Positions 55,006-61,775 of a stretch of DNA of 64,000 bases are shown here, one piece after another. How positions within the stretch are numbered: position 1 is the first letter of the stretch; every line of letters starts with the position of its first letter. Source of the DNA: a virus. Lineage: Duplodnaviria > Caudoviricetes. The notes beneath the pieces are model-generated. The model worked only from the letters and a program-made list of their open reading frames with translations. It was not told the DNA's origin and did not search any database. The stretch lies in the IMG/VR virus record IMGVR_UViG_3300042508_000526; one strand, written 5' to 3'. Made by a program: the position numbers and the translations under genes.

Positions 55006-55580
55006 CCGCGTTAACGTACGCGTTCCACGGGCCTATCTCTGACTCATCGTCAGTTGGGACCACCCATGCGTTTTCTCTAGAGGTTCTGCACCTCTAGCTA
55101 CCGCTTGGACATTACATCCGCGCGCTTCTACCAGTGAGGTTGCCCATACCCAAACCTCACCAGTTCTAGCGGCACAACACGACGTGCATAACACTCGTGC
55201 CACACCCTGTGCTAGATTCGATTGGCCAACGCAAAACCGCATGGCTCTACACCGTAAGAAACGGAACAAGAAAAATTAGAAACCACCTGCTTTAGACTTT
55301 CTTGCGAAAGCTATCACATGGCGTTTCTCCCGATTGGAGCAGCGCGCCAATCACGCGTCACTGTGCGTAGTTGCAGAGTGAAAATAAGTGCGATGTAGAT
55401 TTCTCCGGCATTACGGAGACCGCTACAACACGGCTTGGTACTGCGACCAACTTTACTGCTGCACTGAACAGCGCTGTCTGTATGATTTCCTCGGGGATAT
55501 ACGAGGACCGCATACTCGGCCAAGCACTCCGGCTTGCTTTACCGTGGACAGGCATTGCACGATTGATAGGTATTCCCCAT
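54977..55580 (-). ncRNA. large structured ncRNA candidate 1 (~600 nt)
   Basis: lies exactly between promoter copy 3 and a terminator; no credible ORF; >10 hairpins, GCAA tetraloop, G-U pairs on minus strand, 5'/3' end pairings. Confidence 0.7.
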
Positions 55581-55614
55581 CACTAGATATACCCGGTTTT
55601 TGCCCGATATTTAG
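55581..55614 (-). promoter_or_regulatory. conserved phage promoter copy 3
   Basis: CTAAATATCGGGCAAAAACCGGGTATATCTAGTG. Confidence 0.75.
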
Positions 55615-55679
55615 CTGGGCCCTGATAGCTAAAGAAAGCTTGCGCTTTGCGGAGCCGTCGCCTCCGCTGCCGACATGCT

Positions 55680-56063
55680 TTAGCTCGCCGTGAGCCGCTC
55701 GAAGATCGCGAGGACCTCCGGCATCTTGGTGTTGACGATTTCCTTGATTTCGTCATTCACCGCGACTTGAATCGGACCGGCGTTCTCAACCCACTTCTGC
55801 CCGACACCGGCGGCGAAGAAGTCGGCCAGCGCGGCCATCTCTTCGTCGGTGAAGTTTTCACGCAGGTGGCGCGCCATTACGGGCGCGAACGTGTCGATCG
55901 TGAAGACCTCCAGAAAGGCGGCCTTCATTGACTCGACCATCTGGGCTGGCAACAAGCCATTGCCCATGTTTTCGATCATGTTCTTCACCATCGTGTCGAA
56001 CATGTCACCGGCACTGATCACCGCCAGAAGCCGATCAACCGACGTCGCAGTTTCCATCGTCAT
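55680..56063 (-). CDS. DUF2059-like helical protein
   Basis: FTDEEMAALADFFAAGVGQKW resembles the DUF2059 core. Confidence 0.65.
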   Translation of the reverse strand: MTMETATSVDRLLAVISAGDMFDTMVKNMIENMGNGLLPAQMVESMKAAFLEVFTIDTFAPVMARHLRENFTDEEMAALADFFAAGVGQKWVENAGPIQVAVNDEIKEIVNTKMPEVLAIFERLTAS

Positions 56064-56174
56064 TTCTCCGTGAAAGCAGGAGTAACCACAGCTTCAGCAT
56101 GCAACGCGCATGTGAACTCCAACCGGGTTACCGTGAGAGCGCCGCAGGGCAAGCCTACAGCATATCGACATCGC

Positions 56175-56396
56175 TCAGTTCCGGCCGTCCCACTCGAAGG
56201 TAGCTTCGAGCGGATTGGCTGCCGGACGAACCTTCCGCGGTTTGCGCGAAGGCTTGGGGGCTGGCTTGGACGCCGGTGGTGGCGGCGGCTCAGACCAGCG
56301 CTGCGCTAGATCCACATACTCGGAATACTGCTGAGACGCAGCACCAATCCAATAAAGAACCGCGCAGGCAACCACGATCCAGACGAACGCTGACAT
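56175..56396 (-). CDS. small membrane protein
   Basis: N-terminal TM helix, Pro/Lys-rich tail, AAGGTG RBS. Confidence 0.6.
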   Translation of the reverse strand: MSAFVWIVVACAVLYWIGAASQQYSEYVDLAQRWSEPPPPPASKPAPKPSRKPRKVRPAANPLEATFEWDGRN

Positions 56397-56470
56397 ATTT
56401 GCACCTTTCTCATGGGGTGTCCTTCATACAGGTTACTGGGGCGTAATATTTATGGCTTACGCCCATCGTT

Positions 56471-56504
56471 CACCTAATATGCCCGCGTTCTGGCGCAAAT
56501 TTAG
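56471..56504 (-). promoter_or_regulatory. conserved phage promoter copy 4
   Basis: CTAAATTTGCGCCAGAACGCGGGCATATTAGGTG. Confidence 0.7.
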
Positions 56505-56617
56505 AGCGTCAAAAAGATGATCAGGTCGAGGTCGTCTTCGTCCTCGTAGTCCCAATCTTCGCTCCCACGAGCGGAACGGGGCGGAATGGCGCAGGGCTGG
56601 CTCGTTGTCGCTGGCAT
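56501..56617 (-). CDS. 38-aa acidic peptide (not in ORF track)
   Basis: MPATTSQPCAIPPRSARGSEDWDYEDEDDLDLIIFLTL; GGAGG RBS; high GC3. Confidence 0.4.
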   Translation of the reverse strand: MPATTSQPCAIPPRSARGSEDWDYEDEDDLDLIIFLTL

Positions 56618-56688
56618 GGTCTAGCCTCCGGATTTAGATATTTGGACCGAAGGGCTATTTTACAAACCAGCCTGCTCCAGATTGTTAT

Positions 56689-56716
56689 CTAAATCGGCTA
56701 CAGGCACCGGCGATAT
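56689..56716 (+). promoter_or_regulatory. plus-strand copy of the promoter motif
   Basis: CTAAAT-CGGCTACAGGCACC-GGCGATAT, same spacing. Confidence 0.5.
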
Positions 56717-56722
56717 ACGCAA

Positions 56723-56807
56723 TTTGACGTAAGTGTTTGCAACACAAAGACTTACGTCAAAAAGGTATTCCGGTTTGACGTAACATGTTGCGGCACAAGG
56801 ACTTAGC
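56723..56807. repeat. two imperfect 34-bp direct repeats (51-bp period); the first is a 12-bp inverted repeat
   Basis: TTTGACGTAAGT-N15-ACTTACGTCAAA at 56723-56761; TTTGACGTAACATGTTGCGGCACAAGGACTTAGC at 56774-56807. Confidence 0.75.
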
Positions 56808-56817
56808 GCTAATAGCT

Positions 56818-56843
56818 AAAAAAAGCGGCGCCGAAGCCCGCTC
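56818..56843 (-). terminator. intrinsic terminator closing ncRNA candidate 2
   Basis: GAGCGGGC-TTCG-GCGCCGCT-TTTTT then AGCTATTAG. Confidence 0.75.
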
Positions 56844-57600
56844 GTGTCCGGTTTCATCACATGGTCGGATTCCACGCCACTGGGACAGACTAATGCGCTA
56901 GCCCGCCCGGTGGTGTTATATGCGCTTAAGGGCAACAGCAAGTAAGTGCGCAGTTACTTGTCGGCAGCAACGATGCGCATACCGCACCGCCTATGCTGTT
57001 GGGTCAGCCACTCACACCCATAGGGTCTTCTATGGGTGGAGCCTTTGAGGCCGCTGACCAGAACCTTCGCATTGCCGAAGCGAACGCGTCTAGGTTGTTA
57101 ACACAAGCAACGCCCACGGAGCAGGTACTACTACCCGCCTTGACCCCGTGATCCGTTTATTAGGCTACGTATACCATTGGGCTCAACTTATTAACGCTGA
57201 TCAGGCGTTAGTTTGTCGGGCTATTGATATACCGCAGGACTTTCACCTGCACCCCCCGCTCTCCTAAGTACTTTTTTATGAGCACAGTCGAGGAAGGAAC
57301 GCTCGTTTGCACACCATAGCACTCGCTTGTATGGCTTAACAGGGCGCTACCCCCGTGCAAACTCCATTGCCTTAACGCCTACCCCCACGAAATTCAACCA
57401 CCAAGGTTGCTCCCCATCCCTTGCGGAATGGGCCTCAGTGTGCGTGCACCCAGAGATTAGTTCATCTCACACGCTTCCGTAGGCGCTGCTTGTGTTAACA
57501 ACGCTAATAAATCCGACGCATTGCCATATTTCCACGTTACGCGTCGGACGTACATGGGGCCGGGCTTCGACCCCAGCGGACTGATGCTCACCCAGTTCGT
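56818..57600 (-). ncRNA. large structured ncRNA candidate 2 (~700-780 nt)
   Basis: ORF-free; 27-bp long-range helix 57476-57502/57094-57120; many nested hairpins; ends in UUCG terminator; 5' boundary uncertain. Confidence 0.7.
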
Positions 57601-57610
57601 GTAAAACTCC

Positions 57611-57802
57611 TTAGTTACGATTGACGTGAATGATAAACCCCTCGCCGAACGGTAGACGAAAAGCAGGGTCTGCAATAATCTTGCCATTGACCTCGACTCT
57701 TTCCTCGACGATTAGCCGCCGAGCAATGTGCTCGTCGACAGGCGTTTTGGAAAAAGGACCTACCTCGACCAGATAGTCTACGAGTGTTTGTTCTTTGGCC
57801 AT
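57611..57802 (-). CDS. stand-alone S4 RNA-binding domain protein
   Basis: ARRLIVEERVEVNGKIIADPAFRLPFGE = S4 signature; AGGAG RBS. Confidence 0.75.
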   Translation of the reverse strand: MAKEQTLVDYLVEVGPFSKTPVDEHIARRLIVEERVEVNGKIIADPAFRLPFGEGFIIHVNRN

Positions 57803-57845
57803 TTGAAACTCCTTGTGGTTGTTTAACTAACGTCCCAACCGTGCA

Positions 57846-57879
57846 CACAATATATGCCAGCATTTGACCGGTTATTTAG
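57846..57879 (-). promoter_or_regulatory. conserved phage promoter copy 5
   Basis: CTAAATAACCGGTCAAATGCTGGCATATATTGTG. Confidence 0.7.
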
Positions 57880-57882
57880 TTA

Positions 57883-58086
57883 TCAAACCAACCGGTCAAT
57901 TGCTGCCACAATTGCGGCCGAATACCGCAACCCGATATCTTCGGCCTCACTGCCCTCGCCGTACGCCTGCTGCAGTTCTTCCTGCATCTTGAGTACGGCG
58001 GCCCTCGTCTCAGCCAGCGTCCGGCGCATGTCCTTGAGCTGGATTTCCGGCGCTGTCTTGTACCGCAACCCCGCCTTCGTCGTCAC
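57883..58086 (-). CDS. hypothetical helical protein
   Basis: C-terminal part of track ORF 57883-58269; probable GTG start after AAGGAG; start uncertain. Confidence 0.5.
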   Translation of the reverse strand: MTTKAGLRYKTAPEIQLKDMRRTLAETRAAVLKMQEELQQAYGEGSEAEDIGLRYSAAIVAAIDRLV

Positions 58087-58321
58087 TTGCGGTTCCAAAT
58101 CGCTCTCCTTCTTTCTCACACAGGTCGTCCACCATTGGTTGTTCCAGTTCGTCGCCGCCTGATGCGTTGCCATGTTGCGTCTCTTCGAGGAAATAAAGAA
58201 TGTCGCTGATCGCGCCATCGACAGCACTGACCGCTTGTCGAATCTTGGTCTCAGCGACGCATAGTTCACGTTTTGTTTTAATCATCGTCTTCAGCGTGTC
58301 AACTAAAACTCGCCTTGTCAT
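58010..58321 (-). CDS. hypothetical protein
   Basis: helical N-terminus, acidic tail; overlaps next ORF, so boundaries uncertain. Confidence 0.45.
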   Translation of the reverse strand: MTRRVLVDTLKTMIKTKRELCVAETKIRQAVSAVDGAISDILYFLEETQHGNASGGDELEQPMVDDLCEKEGERFGTASDDEGGVAVQDSAGNPAQGHAPDAG

Positions 58322-58333
58322 GTGCACTTCTTT

Positions 58334-58618
58334 CTAGCGCAGAGCATCGAACGATTCTTGCAGGCCTACCGCGCGGTCGGCCAGAAACCGAGCCACGCGA
58401 TCCATCACGTCGATGATGCCTTGGTTTTTGTATACCCGCCGGGCCTCCGTCGGCGAGTACGCACCAAAGCACGTGACTTTCAGCAGTATGGGCGAGCCGC
58501 GGTCGGTCACCTCGACCTTTTCGATGTGACACATTTGGTCGCCCACGATGCCATCTTCCAGTGCGCGATTGCATGTATCGCGCAGCGCCTCAATGAACCA
58601 GCGCATGTTGTTGTCCAC
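58334..58618 (-). CDS. hypothetical protein
   Basis: 94 aa, AAGGAG RBS. Confidence 0.65.
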   Translation of the reverse strand: MDNNMRWFIEALRDTCNRALEDGIVGDQMCHIEKVEVTDRGSPILLKVTCFGAYSPTEARRVYKNQGIIDVMDRVARFLADRAVGLQESFDALR

Positions 58619-58633
58619 TTGCTACTCCTTTGG

Positions 58634-59047
58634 TTATTCGACCACCACGGACTTACCGGCGTACGAGATCTCCGCGAAGGGCGTGATCACAGCCGACAAA
58701 TCCTCGACCACAGCGCCATCCACCGCCACACGGCCCATCACGATCTCCCTGCGCGCGATGCTCGCCGGGATCTGATACGCGCGCGTCAACGCCTCCACGA
58801 GATACACCGCCGGATACGCCTCGGGCGGCTTTCCCAGCTGATCGTCCAAAAGGATCAGCGCCGCCTCGATCGAAAACTCGCCCGACACCGCCGCCTTATC
58901 AGGCGAAACCACACCGTGCAGGCTGCAGGCGTACGACCCGTTCTGCTGCAGAAATCGGATCAGGCTGCGGGCCGTTGTGCTATCAAAAGCCCGGCCCACC
59001 GCCTCGTTGTTGTACGTTCCGCCGATGCCATAGATCATCAGGTTCAT
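58634..59047 (-). CDS. protein with C-terminal S4 domain
   Basis: SIARREIVMGRVAVDGAVVEDLSAVITPFAEISYAGK = S4 signature. Confidence 0.7.
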   Translation of the reverse strand: MNLMIYGIGGTYNNEAVGRAFDSTTARSLIRFLQQNGSYACSLHGVVSPDKAAVSGEFSIEAALILLDDQLGKPPEAYPAVYLVEALTRAYQIPASIARREIVMGRVAVDGAVVEDLSAVITPFAEISYAGKSVVVE

Positions 59048-59051
59048 GATA

Positions 59052-59708
59052 TTAATCCCAGAGGCCCTCAAAGTACTTACCAAAGAGCAAGAGTCCACGA
59101 GACTTCCTGCTCTGCCACTCCATGTGGCCGTCCCTGTCGTACCCACCGCGGCGCATCGCGTCCTGAAACGAAAGCCCCGGTTCAGTCCGCGGTTTCGCCG
59201 GGTCCAGATCGTAATGAAACTTGTCTTCGGCGTTCGGGTCGACCATCTGCTCAAACGCCCAGATCATTTCATTCATCACCCAGTCCCACCGCTTGTGGGT
59301 GTTATCATCCGAGTACCCCATGTTCTGCTGTTCGGCAGTCAGGGGCGGCGCATTAACACTCTTCAGCTCGTCTGGTACGTCTTCGTCTTCCACGTGCGGC
59401 GAGCCGTGCTTGGTCTCTTTCAGCTGCTTGAGCATGGGCAGGACAATAAGCGCGAGCGTATCGTCCATGCCCCACGTGTCGTACGCGTCAATGCGAATCT
59501 TGACCTTGCGTGGCCAGCGGTGATTGATCCAGTTCTCCAACCGGTTTAAATAATAAAACCGCTTGAACACCCACGAATCGATCTGCTCCTGCTTGTCGTA
59601 CTCTTCTTCGTTGCGGGCGTTATACACGCCGTACCAGCGCTGGACGGCCCGCTTGAGCCACGTGTACGGCCGAAACCAGTGATCGTACGGGCCGATGTAA
59701 ACCTTCAT
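59052..59708 (-). CDS. conserved phage hypothetical protein
   Basis: MKVYIGPY; IRIDAYDTWGMDDTLALIVLPMLKQLK; WDWVMNEMIWAFE; GLLLFGKYFEGLWD. Confidence 0.8.
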   Translation of the reverse strand: MKVYIGPYDHWFRPYTWLKRAVQRWYGVYNARNEEEYDKQEQIDSWVFKRFYYLNRLENWINHRWPRKVKIRIDAYDTWGMDDTLALIVLPMLKQLKETKHGSPHVEDEDVPDELKSVNAPPLTAEQQNMGYSDDNTHKRWDWVMNEMIWAFEQMVDPNAEDKFHYDLDPAKPRTEPGLSFQDAMRRGGYDRDGHMEWQSRKSRGLLLFGKYFEGLWD

Positions 59709-60013
59709 CGCTTCCTCCGTGAAAGAAACCGGGGCCATTGGTGCCGACAATATGGGCACTGCCAGTAGCTTACGCCGTCGTAATGCTCTGGATGATCATG
59801 CGGCAGCTCAACACCCACGATCCGGCTGAACCGGTATGGCGGGCTGTAATGATCTTCGATGTACTTCTGCAGTTCCTCGTCGGACTTGTCGGCGCACCAA
59901 TCCTGCGTCCGTAACACGTCGAAGATCGCGCCGCCATCCCAGCTGGCATTGCAGCTAGGGCAGCGACCGTGATGATCCAGCTCTATCGGCTTGTCGTCCT
60001 TAGAAACTTTCAT
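59705..60013 (-). CDS. Cys-rich (Zn-binding) phage protein
   Basis: CPSC...YDGVSYWQCPYC. Confidence 0.7.
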   Translation of the reverse strand: MKVSKDDKPIELDHHGRCPSCNASWDGGAIFDVLRTQDWCADKSDEELQKYIEDHYSPPYRFSRIVGVELPHDHPEHYDGVSYWQCPYCRHQWPRFLSRRKR

Positions 60014-60264
60014 ACGGGCAACTCTTCTTTCGCTGGGAGTAAGCAGTACCGATCCTTGTACGGGAACACGCCGAGTGACCTCCCGTTATCCCATCGCACG
60101 CTTATCTGATGCCACTCCGGTGGACCCTCGAAGTTAACGTGCACAATCGTGCCTTCAAGCCCGGCCGGCATATCTTTCTCCACGGGCATCCATGTGGAGC
60201 CGGGATTGACCATCTGAGACAGCAACCGAATCCGCAAACCAACCGCAGGCGCAAGCGACGCCAT
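60010..60264 (-). CDS. DUF4314-like SH3-fold protein
   Basis: GLRIRLL..PAGLEGTIVHV..QISVRWDNGRSLGV. Confidence 0.7.
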   Translation of the reverse strand: MASLAPAVGLRIRLLSQMVNPGSTWMPVEKDMPAGLEGTIVHVNFEGPPEWHQISVRWDNGRSLGVFPYKDRYCLLPAKEELPV

Positions 60265-60470
60265 TAGAAACCCTCCGGAAAGACACGAACACTTCCTGCG
60301 TTCTGCCGAAACGCAGCGATCATGGGCTTGTAGACCGACTCGCACAGCCCGTGCTGCGCGCAGAGGTCTTCGGCCCAACCCATCCCCATCCAGACGACAT
60401 CCTCGCTCGCCGTCAGGCTAGCGAGGCCGACGAGCATGCACATCAGCGTTTCAACCACATCATTGCTCAC
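60264..60470 (-). CDS. hypothetical protein
   Basis: C-terminal part of track ORF 60264-60743; probable GTG start overlapping upstream stop. Confidence 0.4.
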   Translation of the reverse strand: MSNDVVETLMCMLVGLASLTASEDVVWMGMGWAEDLCAQHGLCESVYKPMIAAFRQNAGSVRVFPEGF

Positions 60471-60747
60471 GTAGGATGCGTGCTCGATCCCGGTTGAAGA
60501 GCGGACTGCAGCAACCCGCGCCGAAAGCTGGTTCAATTTCCCAGCCTTTTTGGGATGTAATGTGATCATAGATCCCGCAGAAGTATCGGGGCTGTTTTCC
60601 ATCGTCTTGTTGAACCTCCACAAGATGTTTACACGCTGCATCAGCCGCGCTGACGCTCTCACCAAAGCTGCAAGGCCGCCGCTTGCAGCAAAAACCAGAA
60701 TGCACACACGGCACAGCGCCGGGGTACAGCGGCAAAGGGGCAACCAT
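60460..60747 (-). CDS. Cys-rich YkgJ-like Fe/Zn-chelating protein
   Basis: CVHSGFCC..PC..CKHL..CGIYD..GAGCC. Confidence 0.65.
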   Translation of the reverse strand: MVAPLPLYPGAVPCVHSGFCCKRRPCSFGESVSAADAACKHLVEVQQDDGKQPRYFCGIYDHITSQKGWEIEPAFGAGCCSPLFNRDRARILREQ

Positions 60748-60794
60748 CAGATGCTCCTTCGTGGTTAAGAACGCTAATGGCACAGCGCCAATAG

Positions 60795-61140
60795 CAAAGA
60801 AAAACCGGGCGGGTCGATTTACGCGTTCCCAACCCTATAACCCAAGACGAGCTGCAGCTCTTCTTGGAACCCCTCCACGCCGGAGTCGCCGCCACGATAT
60901 TCACCGCAACGGTTCCGGAAGGTAAGGAGTACCCGGTTTACAACGGCGCGCTCAGGTATGCTAGCTGGCGCTGGATACAGGACTTTGGGATCGCGCATAC
61001 CATTCCACCCTAGTTTCCTGCACCCCCGTTGTTGGCTTAGACCCGGCTGTTAATTCAGCGCTCTTACCCGATGAGGGATAAGATACGACCGCCATGTCGT
61101 AGCGTTAATTCGCGCCGCTACCCGATGAAGGATAGCTCCG
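60795..61140 (-). ncRNA. structured ncRNA candidate 3 directly downstream of tmRNA
   Basis: tandem double-hairpin repeats with compensatory changes, crossing helices, terminal T tract. Confidence 0.55.
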
Positions 61141-61146
61141 GGCGAG

Positions 61147-61494
61147 TGGAGCCGGCGGGAATCGAACCCGCGTCCAGAGATGTCTCCAATAAAGACGTCT
61201 ACATGCGTAGGTTGTTGCTACTTGCGCTACAACCAAAGCCAGCCGATTATCGGCGTCAGGTGGGTTACCACCATCTTTGCGTGTCTTTCCACGCCGCCTG
61301 CTGTCTTCCCAGCGGCCAACCTGATTGGGCGATGAGGCTCAGGTCGCCTCACCCGATCACTGCGTCAAGCAGCGAGAGCGGGAGCGCTGTTGAGGGCGCC
61401 AACTAACAATGTGGGCGATTTTTAACGTGGCCCTTCGTCCAACCACGGCATGCAGTCTAGATCTTCCTCATCCTGTCGAAACCAGTACGGCCCC
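61147..61494 (-). ncRNA. ssrA: tmRNA (standard one-piece); tag (A)GALNSAPALAA*
   Basis: 5' GGGGCCGTACTGGTTTCGAC; 3' GCGGGTTCGATTCCCGC-CGGCTCCA with G3-U70; tag ORF 61400-61365 after TAGTT. Confidence 0.93.
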
Positions 61495-61500
61495 TAAATT

Positions 61501-61689
61501 TCACGCAACTGCGCTGGGCAGTGGCGTTACTTCGTAGGCGCGGCCATAAAAATAGCCGTGCCAAAAGTCGTCAACGTGTTTGTCTTGCAACAGCGCATTC
61601 TGATCCGCAACTGTTGCAGCCTCTTCCTTGTTTAGTTTCAACACGCGGCAGTTGTTGCCGAGAGTTTCCGCATACACAAGCGGTGTCAT
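61501..61689 (-). CDS. small hypothetical protein
   Basis: 62 aa, AAGGG RBS. Confidence 0.55.
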   Translation of the reverse strand: MTPLVYAETLGNNCRVLKLNKEEAATVADQNALLQDKHVDDFWHGYFYGRAYEVTPLPSAVA

Positions 61690-61775
61690 TTCGTTTCCCT
61701 TTTGTGAAAAATGAAACCAGCACGGCCACAATTGTATTAGAAACTCACCGCAAAACGTTGAGTTTCCAATATGAA

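Noticed and set aside
55035-55055. Hammerhead ribozyme core in ncRNA 1 (CTGACGATGAGTC)
   Set aside because: The sequence forms a simple CTGAC/GTCAG hairpin; no stem II-GAAA arrangement follows
56818-57600. Group II intron or RNase P identity for ncRNA 2 (contains GGTGAAAGTCC)
   Set aside because: No domain-V AGC hairpin, no RT ORF, no interrupted gene, and no GAGGAAAGUCC/GGCUUA P4 pair found by eye; cmscan still needed
57457-57687. 76-aa ORF overlapping the S4 gene and 5' part of ncRNA 2
   Set aside because: Overlaps the S4 ORF out of frame, lacks a start near the RBS, and covers one arm of the 27-bp helix
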